Shown: positions 25,352-37,100 of the stretch, piece by piece
Position numbering within the stretch: position 1 is the first letter of the stretch
Layout of the letters: every line of letters begins with the position of its first letter
Virus record (IMG/VR): IMGVR_UViG_3300028888_000005
Span: 36,590-100,589 of that record
DNA: 64,000 bases
Direction: 5' to 3' (one strand)
DNA from: a virus
Lineage: Duplodnaviria; Caudoviricetes
The notes under the pieces: model-generated
What the model was told of the DNA's origin: nothing
Database searches by the model: none
What the model saw: only the letters and a program-made list of their open reading frames with translations
Position numbers and translations under genes: made by a program

Positions 25352-27230
25352 ATGGAACTATACAGATTAGTTATCATCTTCAGCAAGACCCACAATTATG
25401 AGGGCGTCTATAACGATAAGAGTGCCGCCAGCAGGGCATTCAATGAGGCTATAGATCATCCTTTTGCCGTTGGTGCCAACCTCTATGAGTGTGAGTGGGT
25501 GAACAACAAGTTAGAGGACAAGAACCGTATTATAAACTGGATAAAGAAATGAACAAACTGAAGACGACATATAAGCTGCTGAGCCGCTTTGGATTTAGCA
25601 ACCATAGTAATACGGTTCCTGGTGCAGTATGGTATATATGGCCGTCATTGTCAGTCCTATATATCCGTGACTTTAATAAAGAGGTATCCGTTTCATTATC
25701 ATGGTTATGCTTTAGTGTGTATTTCAGAGTAACTAAATTAAGAATTTACGAACAAGATGTTTCAACCGAGTGAAGAAGTAAAAACAGCGTGTCGAGCATA
25801 TATCGACAGCGTTAAAGGTGAGGCATGGTATAACCCTGACCTCGATGATATCATCCTAGACGCATTCTGGGAAGGTGCAATGTGGTACAAATACGTTTAT
25901 CCTAATAATAACAACAATGACAAGAGCAGCGAAAACAAAGATTAACTTACAGACATGCCAACACTGTGAGCATTACATGTGCGGATTCTATAAGTCCACA
26001 CAACTCATCCCTGGCAATGTGTGCAACCTGCGCAAAAAGGAAATGAAGCATATGAAGAATATGTTTCCCAAGCGTGTGTATTACTACAAGGCAAAGCCAG
26101 ATGGCTATTGCAATGAGTTCAAAGAATGGAAACAACCTACTATCAATGAAATCTATGGAGACAACAAAGACTGATATTGGACTGAGGGAATCAGCTAAGC
26201 TGTTCTCAGAAGCTATGGCTGAACGCTACTTTAAGTACGCAAAGAAGGGCAGCAGTATGTTGCTGATTACAGGAGAAGACGGCGAACTGTCAAGCTGTAT
26301 GCTTGGAAAAGGAGGAGATTTGATTAACGCAATAGCGTCATCAATGTCTGAAACTGAAGAAATCAACAGGATTGTGGGCACGGCATTCATGCTGGCTAAC
26401 AATGAAAGTTTAGCGGAACTTTTAAAACAAGACAATGACAATGGAACAGGCGATGTATGAAACAACAATTACAGTTACAGCACTCCTTTGCTTAGCTGCT
26501 GTGTATATCTTCAGTTTAGTTGTTAAGCAAGGTATCAATAAGCGTAAGCTGGCTGAATGCAAGGAAACCATCAGGAAGCTGGAGTTCAGCCTTGACGAGG
26601 CTTCCAGAGTGCTAGAAGCACAGAACAATCAGATCAGTGTACTTAACAGGAAACTGAAGGAGAGTAGACTGATAACAACAATAGAGGACCTAAACAAAGC
26701 ACAAGATGAGCAAAGAACCATACTATAACAGCTACCAACGGGCTGACTACATCAAGCTACAGGCGTATAAGAACGTCATAAGTGAACTGCATAAGCAGCG
26801 TAACGTTTTTGTCAGGACAGGACTTACAGACGCAGCGCAGAGAGTCTGGGGTGAGATATCTATGGCACAGCAGGAACATGATGCACTGAAGCAGAAAATG
26901 GTCCATGACAGAGAAACAATGGCCGCAAGTCTGCTGGAAGTGATTCTGATTGCCAATCTTGCATACGCCAAAGCGATGGAGTTTAGCGAAGTGGTGAAGA
27001 AATGCACAGGCTCGTCGGAGGACGCTCTTGCTCTGGACGTACAGCGTATCTGTAAGATATGCGAAGAAGTGGCACTCAGCGTAGACACCGCAGGCAATGA
27101 CAAGCAGAGCAATGCGTTTAGCGATGTTATTGACGAGATAGAGGAGCAGTATAACAAACAGCTGACACCTATCGTTGACGAAGTGATGCAGAAGTTCAGA
27201 AAAACTAAGCGGTATCAGTCATTATTCTGA
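25352..27230 (+). CDS. Run of seven overlapping small hypothetical genes (25352-25552, 25549-25773, 25757-25945, 25917-26174, 26155-26460, 26435-26728, 26706-27230)
   Basis: Tiled + strand ORFs with overlapping starts and stops; 26435 has a TM helix plus coiled coil. Confidence 0.65.
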
Positions 27231-27262
27231 CGAAGAAACTTGCATAGTTTACGAATGATTAT

Positions 27263-27270
27263 TACCTTTG
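27263..27270 (+). promoter_or_regulatory. -7 element TACCTTTG driving sRNA C
   Basis: Consensus match with a TTG -33-like element near 27240. Confidence 0.7.
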
Positions 27271-27274
27271 TGTG

Positions 27275-27407
27275 TTGTTTTTCATCATAACTATACTTTT
27301 TGCTATTGGTTTTTATAATGTAGTATGAGGATTAAGAGTTCATATTCATAGATAGAAGATGTGTTATTATACCCCACCGTCTGTGAAGATAGTGGGGTTT
27401 TTATTTT
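27275..27407 (+). ncRNA. Putative sRNA C (promoter, anti-start segments, GUGA-loop terminator)
   Basis: U-rich with no convincing ORF; tttttcatcataa and gttcatattcatag; hairpin CCCCACCGUCU-GUGA-AGAUAGUGGGG followed by UUUUU. Confidence 0.6.
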
Positions 27408-27453
27408 ATATTACTAAAGCACTAATATGTTTAGCACCAATGAATAGCTGCAC

Positions 27454-27461
27454 TACTTTTG
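27454..27461 (+). promoter_or_regulatory. -7 element TACTTTTG
   Basis: Upstream of the ATG at 27481. Confidence 0.65.
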
Positions 27462-27480
27462 CGTAAAAATATTGAACATT

Positions 27481-28617
27481 ATGCCACTAAAGAACAATAC
27501 ATCAGCGTATCAGCGTCTGAAGCAGGACATAGACAACAGGGCAGCACAGTATAACCAGACACAAGAAGCTTTGTACAATGCTGTACATCCTGTATCATCT
27601 AATGCAAGACCTAAGACTGAGGAAGCTAAGCGTGTACGTCAGCGCCAGCTTAAGAACATGGGATTGTATAGCGGAGAGATTGACGGTAAGTGGGGCAAGA
27701 AAAGTGAAGCCGCACACCGTGAGGCATTACGAAGGGGATACACTTATAGTAATGGAATGTACTCCCAGAAGCCGAAAGCAATGCAACCTATTGCAGGAAA
27801 GCCACTGACTGACACACAGAAGCGCCAAGCACAACTCAAAGAGATGGGATTTTATCAAGGTAAGATTGATGACAAATTCGGTCCTATGAGTCGTGCTGCA
27901 CATCAACGGGCTTTAGATGCGGGGTACATATATGATAATGGAACATACACACGAGTAAAGCCAGAAGAAGAAAAGAAAGAACTTGGTCTTGACGATAAGA
28001 TAGTTAATTCGGTTTTGCGCATATTTCCAGCTGCACGTCAGATACGTAACTCGTTACTTAGCACGGGATCAGGATATACACAAACCAATAAGGATTTTTC
28101 AGATAAGTACTTAGAAAACCTTTCTCAGCTCGGACAAGTAGCCTACAGACAACACGTAAGAAAACATGGTTATCCAAAACCAGGTGAATTGTTTCCACTG
28201 TCCTTAACGCCAGAAACTTATATGGAGATTAATCCAAGTGGAAAGTATGCAAGCTTTAAGGATATCCCTGCATTACTGAACGCTGCTGTCGGAGGAAACA
28301 GACAGGTTGAATACACAGACGGTGGTATGTCGGGGCAAGCGTATGTCGATGAAAACGGAACCGTGCACTGGAATGCAACCGACAATGCCGCATGGGACTT
28401 CGATTCGCCGGAGCAGATTGAAAGGCTAAAAGGAGCCGCCAAGAGAGCCCATCCAGGGTCTGCATTAAGATACGCAATGGGGAAGCTTCAGGAGAAACAA
28501 AACGAACATGGTTATCAGCCAATACGTCAAAACCTTAAAGTTACTTTCCCATTTGATACAATAACAGTAAATCCAGCACGTTATGATAATGTGCCGAGGT
28601 ATAAACAGAAACGATAA
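27481..28617 (+). CDS. Protein with two peptidoglycan-binding (PG_binding_1-like) repeats and an unknown C-terminal domain
   Basis: QRQLKNMGLYSGEIDGKWGKKSEAA and QAQLKEMGFYQGKIDDKFGPMSRAA. Confidence 0.75.
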   Translation: MPLKNNTSAYQRLKQDIDNRAAQYNQTQEALYNAVHPVSSNARPKTEEAKRVRQRQLKNMGLYSGEIDGKWGKKSEAAHREALRRGYTYSNGMYSQKPKAMQPIAGKPLTDTQKRQAQLKEMGFYQGKIDDKFGPMSRAAHQRALDAGYIYDNGTYTRVKPEEEKKELGLDDKIVNSVLRIFPAARQIRNSLLSTGSGYTQTNKDFSDKYLENLSQLGQVAYRQHVRKHGYPKPGELFPLSLTPETYMEINPSGKYASFKDIPALLNAAVGGNRQVEYTDGGMSGQAYVDENGTVHWNATDNAAWDFDSPEQIERLKGAAKRAHPGSALRYAMGKLQEKQNEHGYQPIRQNLKVTFPFDTITVNPARYDNVPRYKQKR

Positions 28618-28808
28618 TGGAACAATTAGCTTATTACTTAAGCCATACAGCAAGTATCCCGGACCAAATATTCGGGATACTTTGTTTTATATTGGTATTT
28701 ATAGTGTTTCCGGTAGCCGTACTGTATCTAATTGTACGATTGCTACTGTGTGTAATTAATTACTTAACTAAAACTAATGACAAGAAAAGAAAAGAAAAGC
28801 TTAAATAA
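28617..28808 (+). CDS. Small membrane protein
   Basis: Long hydrophobic segment; TAATG coupling. Confidence 0.6.
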   Translation: MEQLAYYLSHTASIPDQIFGILCFILVFIVFPVAVLYLIVRLLLCVINYLTKTNDKKRKEKLK

Positions 28809-29322
28809 GAAAGTGACTATTGTAGCAGCTACGCTTATCATGTTGCTTGTGTTTACATCCTTTGTTCTGGTGAAAGAGCATAACCGAACAACAAAGTATA
28901 GACTAAATAATAAACTGGCGGAACGAACCCGCATAGAAACCAAGGGCATGGATGTTCATGGTATAATCCAATATAGCTTAGATCTGACCTCAGCAAAGCT
29001 CAGGTTTTCCAGGTATAACGATATAGAGAATGGAAAGGCAAACTGTGTTGGGTATGCCAAAATGTGCGCAGAAATATGTAATTACGGGTTACGAGCTAAC
29101 AATATAGACGGATCTGCGCACTCGGTTGTAGGCCATATAGAATCTGGTGGAATAAATTGGTGTAAGGTAGCACAATCGCTATGCACGAAACAAAGCCATA
29201 AGAACTTTGTTAAAAACCATGACTTTGTGGAGTTGACCACAAAAACCGATATCTATATGTTTGATCCGTCAATGTATGATGTGCTCGGTGTAAGCTGTTT
29301 ATCCCATCAATCCAGGAATTAA
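28777..29322 (+). CDS. Membrane-anchored transglutaminase/papain-like protein
   Basis: N-terminal TM; ANCVGYA (Cys), NHDFVE (His), FDPS (Asp). Confidence 0.6.
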   Translation: MTRKEKKSLNKKVTIVAATLIMLLVFTSFVLVKEHNRTTKYRLNNKLAERTRIETKGMDVHGIIQYSLDLTSAKLRFSRYNDIENGKANCVGYAKMCAEICNYGLRANNIDGSAHSVVGHIESGGINWCKVAQSLCTKQSHKNFVKNHDFVELTTKTDIYMFDPSMYDVLGVSCLSHQSRN

Positions 29323-30987
29323 TCCGCGTTGTTTTCTCCCATTAATCGGATCCCATCCTAGATTAAACTGAGAGAAATCAGGAACTAAGTTAGCGTACTG
29401 TGTGGCTTCAGCCTCGACCTCTGGTGTGTTCTGTGACCACCAGGGGTTGAACTGAGGCTGCTCTACGTTTCCGCCAACTACAATGGGTTGTATCATGCCC
29501 ATATATGGCTGGGCTTCGCTTACACTTGGGTTGCCCATGTGGCCGTATGCCTTCTCATAAGCTTCGGCAAACAACTGCCGTTCTTTTGCTCTACGTGTTC
29601 TAAGACCTTTCATCTTTGGCTCACGGTCTCTGGTGCCGTACATAGCGTTAGTGATATCAGCCACAGTACCTTTACCGTTGACAAGTACGCTACGCAGTTT
29701 GGGTACTACACGTTTTTTAAAGTTCCCAGCACCAATATTATAGGACGTTGAGAACAGTGCGTCTGCCATCTCTTGTGTAAGATAAGGCTTTACATCGTCA
29801 GGAATGGTATTCCAGAAGTCACGTTCTTCTGCACTAAATGGCCTATTCACTTTGCCTGTATCTGGAGCTGGCTTGTACATGGACGAACCTTCCCAACTGG
29901 CTATTTGACTCCTAATCGCAGGTGATGAAGTGTAGCCACCTTTAGCAAACATATTGGGATTCCAATCAAGGTTAAATGCGCTGAAGTCCTGCGTAGGCAC
30001 TCCACCTGCACCAGCAGCAGAAGCGTACAGAGCCTCTGTGTCGGCTTCTGTCATTGCAGATGGTCTGTCCCACCAGGAAGGTGAAAAAGTGCCGTCAGAA
30101 CCGCTGCTAGTGACGATAGGCTGCATTGGTCCATTGGCGTATGACGGATAAGCGATGTCTGCTGGCTGATGGCCATATCCGTTTATATGGAAGCCACCGC
30201 CTTTGATGCCCTGTCCAATATGAAAGTGGGCACCAGTAGCACCAGTCTTTCTCATAGTTGCAGGATCAGTTTCGTCAAGAATGCCAAACCCGTTAGCCGC
30301 CAATTCACGCTGAAGCTCAGGATTGGTGAGCTCCTGACGCAGACGGTCCATGTTGTCACTAACGATATCAAGCGCAGCCGATGACCCATCATCGAGGAGA
30401 TGTGCATGAGCACTCTTGCTTCCTAGCTTACCTACTCTGTTGTTCTTGCCACGATAGCCACTAGTGATGCGGTAATTGGTAAGGTACTTGTCGAGGATAG
30501 ACTTAATCTTCCCGTCTTGGTGTGACATGGAGCCACCGCGAGCAAAGGTGTTAATAGGGCCACCAAAGGCATGATGCCATTTAGCCGCATTCCTGGCAAA
30601 GTTCGCCTTACGCCGCATCGCAGGGCTGTAGTTCTCAGGATGTGCATGAACGTGTGAGGCAAACTCCTGTACACCCATTCCGTGCCTAGATGCTGCGGCT
30701 GTGAATGTACCCTTCTTGCTAGGGTCAATGTGGATACTTCCACCACCTGCGTGTTTAATGCAGCCACCACAGGCATATTCCACCTCATTATAGAAGTTAG
30801 CTAAGCGCCTGCGTACAGCTTCACGTTCACGTTGCTGCATGACATTATTGATGATGCCCTGCACGTCTGGCGACAGCTCCTGCTGAGCCTGTTCCTGCTG
30901 CATGGCTTTATTATATAGTGTGGTATTCTGGATCTGTTGTTGTTCAAAACTGTCCAGCAATGCCTCAAGTTCGTCTAGTCCTGTCAT
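29299..30987 (-). CDS. Virion cargo-type multidomain protein with an M15-like peptidase and a phage lysozyme (GH24-like) domain
   Basis: crAss-type IHIDPSKKGTFT...RKANFARNAAKW motif; ITSGYR...SAHAH...ALD...HFH; IASWEG...DALFSTSYNIG...GLRTRRAKERQLF. Confidence 0.75.
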   Translation of the reverse strand: MTGLDELEALLDSFEQQQIQNTTLYNKAMQQEQAQQELSPDVQGIINNVMQQREREAVRRRLANFYNEVEYACGGCIKHAGGGSIHIDPSKKGTFTAAASRHGMGVQEFASHVHAHPENYSPAMRRKANFARNAAKWHHAFGGPINTFARGGSMSHQDGKIKSILDKYLTNYRITSGYRGKNNRVGKLGSKSAHAHLLDDGSSAALDIVSDNMDRLRQELTNPELQRELAANGFGILDETDPATMRKTGATGAHFHIGQGIKGGGFHINGYGHQPADIAYPSYANGPMQPIVTSSGSDGTFSPSWWDRPSAMTEADTEALYASAAGAGGVPTQDFSAFNLDWNPNMFAKGGYTSSPAIRSQIASWEGSSMYKPAPDTGKVNRPFSAEERDFWNTIPDDVKPYLTQEMADALFSTSYNIGAGNFKKRVVPKLRSVLVNGKGTVADITNAMYGTRDREPKMKGLRTRRAKERQLFAEAYEKAYGHMGNPSVSEAQPYMGMIQPIVVGGNVEQPQFNPWWSQNTPEVEAEATQYANLVPDFSQFNLGWDPINGRKQRGLIPGLMG

Positions 30988-31007
30988 CTTTTAAGTGATT
31001 TGATTGA

Positions 31008-31116
31008 CAAAATTAAACTAACCAGCTAATGGTTTACGGTTGAAAAGTAAACCGCTAACGTGCTGTTAATATTTTAGTATAGTCATTAGCCACGATTGCT
31101 ATTGTGCCTACCTTTG
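31008..31116. promoter_or_regulatory. Divergent host-type promoters
   Basis: TAATTTTG at 31008-31015 (-) and TACCTTTG at 31109-31116 (+). Confidence 0.65.
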
Positions 31117-31143
31117 GCGCAAAATCATAATACGTATTATAAT

Positions 31144-34100
31144 ATGGCAGAGACTTTTTGTACGCAGATAAGGGACGATGAACTCGAACCCATTGTGGAC
31201 CGTTGGCTTGAGGACCTGGACAGCAACGATGAAAAGCAGGACATCCTGAACTTCCCAGGTACACTTCCACGTGGCAGCAGTCTGCTCGGTAAAGGAAAAG
31301 ACAAGATAATGAAATATTTCGGTGAGGTTATTCGTTCTCATAGTACAGACAAAGCAAATCCGACTATGCCGAAGAACGTGAACCAAATGACCTCATGGAT
31401 AAAAACATACCAGTCTAAACAAAAGGACCAAGCACAGAGAGAAGCTGAAGGTAAGAACGGCTCTATTCTGATCAGTGACACCACAGAGGATATGACAGAG
31501 ATTACAGGTATCCTTGACCAGCCGTTAGCGGTTACGTCTTCAGGAAGCTATAAAGGCAGTGTGCGCAAAAACATTGCTGATTTAGTGCGGACTAAGCTAG
31601 AAGAACAGTGGCCCGGTGATTATGAAAGCTTCATGCAGAGCAAAGAGATGCAGGACATTGTCAAGGCGTTCAGCTCAGGTGATTATAACCTAAGCCTGAA
31701 TGACTTGATGGCTATCATTATTGTAGCGTCTGGTGTCAATAAAGACGGCAATCCACAGCTTACGGCTAAGCAGGTAAAGCAGATACTTAACGGCAACGGT
31801 GTCGGATTGATACACGGTAAGTATAATAACTACGCATTAGCCAATCCAGGCATCACTGAGTTTGAGCGCACAGTTATGCAGACACTTGTCAGTCTGTATG
31901 CAGCAAAGAACCCTAAGTTCCTGACTGATTTACAGAGTACAGGAGATAAAACGATTAAGGCTAGCTCAGGAGCAAGTAGGCAATATAAGCTGTTAGCTAA
32001 CGCTCTGCGTATGGTACGCAGTAAGTCTGAGCCGGTAATGGTGAACGATCCAGATAATATGGCTCTTGGTCCTTGGGCGCACATTCCATTTATCCCTAAT
32101 GACAGTTTCTTTAATAAGATAAGTCGTATTGTAAACGCATCATTAGCACGTAAGGGTAAGGCTCCTATCACTGACCTGGCGCAAAAGCTACGTACAGACT
32201 ACGACTATGCACAGGCATCAAACAGTGACTTCGAGGGCTTCTATTCACCATACTCTCTGTTGCTAGCGTTGCAGGAATATATCGCAGCAGACGGTATTGT
32301 CGTTAATTTCATGGACAAAGCCGCAAACCAAGCAACAAACCTTGATACTGAACGTGACAGCAATGGTGAGTACACTGGACTGCTTGATGCACAGGCTGTG
32401 ACAGAGATCCTGGATGAAGGTTATAAGGAAGCTCTTGACCCGTCAAAGTCTGGTTTTGCTGTTGATAGTGTGCGCCAAGCCATGATACGTTCAGGCATTA
32501 ACGAACTTCAGGACAGCGATGAGGAAGACGGTTACCGTAGGGAACTTGTGCAGGTAGTCACTAAGTACAGAAACAAAGTACTGGCACAGGAAGCGTCGTT
32601 CCAGGATGAGACGGCAGGCGATATGTTGTTAGACGAAGTAGAACTCTCAGAACAAGGAGAGCGCTTCCGTAAACTAACAACTCGTATTTGTGAGGCAAGA
32701 TTTGATCCCAATAGATTGCGTGAACACACAGACTGTATAGCAGCTAATCTGCTTAAGTTCGCGGAAACACAGCGCTACTATATGGTCTACGAAAACAACG
32801 AGACCATTGCCACCAAAGAAGCCGACATAGAAAGAATGAAGGCAAGGTTGGCTAAGATCGAAGCTGATGAAAGCCGTACCGAGGAAGATGAACAGGCTGT
32901 GGCTAAGACACGTGAAAAACTTGAACGTTGGGAAAGGGATATACAGAAACTCAAACAAGAGAATGAAGCCCTTCGTGGTGAGCATACCTGGCGCAGAGCT
33001 GCACTGAAGAAGTGTATGTACACTCAACGTGATAAAGACGGTCATGTTATATTTAAGGGTGCCATTGATTATGCCATCGGTAAGGCAATGGATACTCCTG
33101 CAAAGCAAGAAGGTGAAACTGATGAGCACTACGAGGGTAGGAAGCAGGAAGTAGCACAGATTGGTGCTATGCGGGACCAGTTGCTATGCAGAGCCTTTAT
33201 GAAACTTGAGATGATGACAGGTATCCACATCATCCTTAACTCACAAAATGAGTTTGAAGTAGCTGATGATGAAACTGAAGTCCAGATTCAGGACAACCAG
33301 AACGAAAATGATGAGTACTCAGGTGAGGTAAGGTCAAAGGACATGATGGACTTTGACACTGAACAAGACCCTGTAGCACATCTCACTCAGAATGTAAAAG
33401 CCGAATTTGCGCTTATTCCTATGGTTGATGCCAACAACCAGCCGTTGCTGGACAGCATGGGCCGTGAGCAGTACTATGACGTACAGCACATCTACATATC
33501 TATGCTTTCCATGCACAATAGGAAAATCACTGAGGCTTCTGACTTCATGGTGAAGATTAAACCGGAAGAGTATGCCGAGAAACTCACCGCAAAGAAACGT
33601 AACGCCAGGATTTATCCCTCACTTTATGACGAGGAAGGAGACAGGTATGAGTATCAAGGCAGGGAAACTAAGCACATGAGGACATTAGAGCAGGCGTTCC
33701 CTGACGGATTTCCCACGTTCCCTGTCCTTGAGGCTAACCGTGGCAGGTACCCGTGGATTGACCAACTCATCTACAAGCTCGAGTGTAGCTACATGCAGCG
33801 CACTGAGAACCAAGATGATGTCGATGCCTTAACAAAGACAGCGCTTATTACAGATATTGCAGCAGCATTAAGTTATGACTATGAGGTGAGGGCTATGTAC
33901 CGTGAAAGCCCTGGCGGCCATTCAAACAAAGTGTTCTTGACTAACAGGGTAGCTGATGTTGAAGGTCTTCGTGCCATGCAGAGAATGAACTACTTCAACC
34001 GTATCATGCTCTCAGAGACCAGCGTATACAACTCAGATGGCTCAGTTAATGAGAAGAATGTACGAAGACTACGTGCTAGATTAGCCGATCTCCCATCAGC

Positions 34101-37100
34101 TGAGTCTGTTCCTTACGATGACAAATGGACACCGGCTAAGTATGCCAAAGAGTTGGTTAGCATCCTTAATAGTTTCGGTATTAGTGCAGACATCAACGCT
34201 ATTACCGCTGAGTTGAAGTCAGTCGGTAATGTAGACGGGCTTGTGCGTATGTCTAAACTTGTGAGTGCTACCGATACGCTTGCAGCATATCTGATTGGCG
34301 AGCAAGGAAGCTGGCCTAACGGCGTACCAATGGACGATATCTATGCAGAGCGTGGTGGTGCATGGAATCGCTTCTATGACTCAGTGGGCTTTTATGTTAA
34401 TGCGGAGTTCTTCCCAATAACCACAAGTGAGGCTGGTGTGACAAGGCAGAATATGATTGCTAAGAATACCTTTATGAAGATACGTGACATCATCACATAT
34501 AACCACGAAGAACTGCGTATTACACCAGAGTCACATAAGGCGCACAGAAAGAAACTACTCGATGAGCGTCGCAAGAAAATTGATAAGCACTTTAAGGCTT
34601 CATTGTGGGATGAGACCACAGGTCGTTACAGGAACGAATTGCTACAACAGCTATACGACGGGAAAGACGTTGAGTTTAGGCAGGCTGACGGCACCGATAA
34701 GTGGGCAGAGAACTCGACACGTATCTCTAATATAGCAGGTAGTATGATGCTATCTGCAATGGATGAAAAGAAAAAGGAGCAGTTCTCGCCTACGGATATG
34801 CTGGCAGTACAGCTTTCGGCTTTCCTTCGCCACTTAGAGAGCCCAACAACAAACGGCTCTGCGATGTTCTCATTCCCTATCCTAGCTGATGCTCCTGTCT
34901 TGCAGTTCACGTCTGGTAAGGTGCGCTCAGAAGACGAGTGTATTGATACAATGGTAAGGTTTACCGAGGATGAGCTGGATAGGATTGAGCATAACACAAT
35001 GCTTAAGCGTGACTGGGCTCGTGTTCAGGCTCTCAGTGCTGAGCCGCAGAAGTACAATGGAAAGCGCTACTATGATGCCGCCGACAAAGAGTGGAAAGAT
35101 GTGCCCACAGAAGATAAATGGATGTGGAAACGTGATGTGCTCATCGGCAAATATCTTGCCGCAGTCAAGGAAGGTGATACTGAAAAAGCTGATAAATACC
35201 GTAATCAGCTTGAGGCACTGTCGCAGCAGCATCTTGTAGAAGCCAAGAAAGAACAAAACAACGAGAAGATATGGACCGTAGACGAGGCCATTAAACTGTA
35301 TCAGGACCTCGCTAGGTACATACCCGCCAGTACCATGTTCACCCGTGAGATGCAGCTGTGTCAGATACCGGAACTGAACGTCATGCGTATGAAGCTAAAC
35401 ACCATCGTAGATAGGGTAGCTGAGCGTATGGCTGCACGTGAATCAACAGAGGCAGGCAAGGAAGCCACCATCATGGAAACAACCGTATATTTAGGCGAGT
35501 TGTTTAAGCGATATAAGGACGATGACAAGTTCACTATGCGTGGTATGCTTGACGCGGTTCCTATGGAAGATAGCGACATGAGGAGGGAAATTATCCGTGC
35601 TTATGTTGCGGAAGCTATGGAGCGTGAATACAAACGCTATCTCGGTGACAAGGAGTTGCAGATTACAGAACCTCATAGCAGACATAAAGAGCTTGCTAAC
35701 CTGAACAGACTAGAGTCAGTACTGCAAGGCACGGTTGATTTCAATGGTGAGCGCTGGGAATTGGTAGCGGCTAACATGGCCGGTGAGATTGATATCGACG
35801 GTGATCCTATCTCCACATGGAAACTGCGTAGCCTTGATAACCCTGAACGTGTAATTGCGCTCACTGATAAACAGATACAGTATTATGAGAGCAGAGAGGC
35901 TGGCATTCTTCTTGGTTCCAGTACATTCAAGGGTGATGATAATACATACAATGTAAATACTATCAGGAACTTCAGGCCAAGATTCTCTAACCACGAGCAG
36001 CTGTGGGGCATACTTAAACACGTTGTAGGTAAGCAGAAGAAGCCCGGCACAAACCAGAACTACACTCAGGATGATGTGCATGACGCAGTACGCAGTATGC
36101 TATACAATACGTTTGCGCACAACACTGAGATGATGCAGATTATGGGTATTGACCCATCGCAGTTCAACGGAGAGGATGACGTTACTAAGCGCCTTAAAGG
36201 TCTGCACTCAAACGGAACCACGTTATTCTCAGGAGCCGAGATTGGCTTTGATGTAGATTATCAAATCATCGTAGATGACGATGAAGGCAGGGTATCTGAT
36301 GACCTCCCTAATGTAGCTGAGAAGATATTCGCTGACAGGAAAATCAGGACTGACGATGCCGTAGACAGGATTACCGCATGGACCAAGATGAACGCAACCA
36401 ATGCGCAGGGTCACACCACACTTGAAGGACACCGTGCAAAATGCGCTATGGGCGGCTCATCCAACTATGACTCGCAAAAGGAAAAGAACTATCAGGATCT
36501 GAAGAACAACGGAGATCGACACCTAGGTAGGGATTACAATCCATACGCGCAGGGTGAGACTACCAAGCCTATGGACTTTGCCATGATTAACGACACTGAT
36601 CCGTATGGCAGGACAGTACGTAGGTGCTACTATGGTAAGAACTCTGAGGCCCCAATGGTGACAAGGTTTGGTGACGCTAATGTATCAGCACAACTGATGG
36701 CCATTGACCAGTTTGCGACAGAGACAGAGTTCAGCGGTAAGAGGAAGATTACAACAGTACAGCGTCCTTCCGGTGTCAAGTCGGCTAAGAAGGGTGTGCT
36801 TAAGCTGCACTACCTGAAGTCTAGAGTCGGTGCATTAGCTGCGCTTGCTAAAGGTGAGATTACGCCTGAGCAGTTCAAGAAGAAGTACCAGAAAGAACTT
36901 GGAGACGCAGTCAAACTTGACACTAACCTAATCAAGTTCTTTGGTGACTTCGTTGCGGCTATGGCTGACCTGTACGGAGTTAATCTTGATTACTTGACAT
37001 TTGAGGACGTAGATAAGTTTATCCGAGCAGACAAAGCGAAAGCCGCACAAGGAAGGAAAAAGTTGCCTAAGTTTTCTGACCTTGAGTTTAATGGTCTTGA

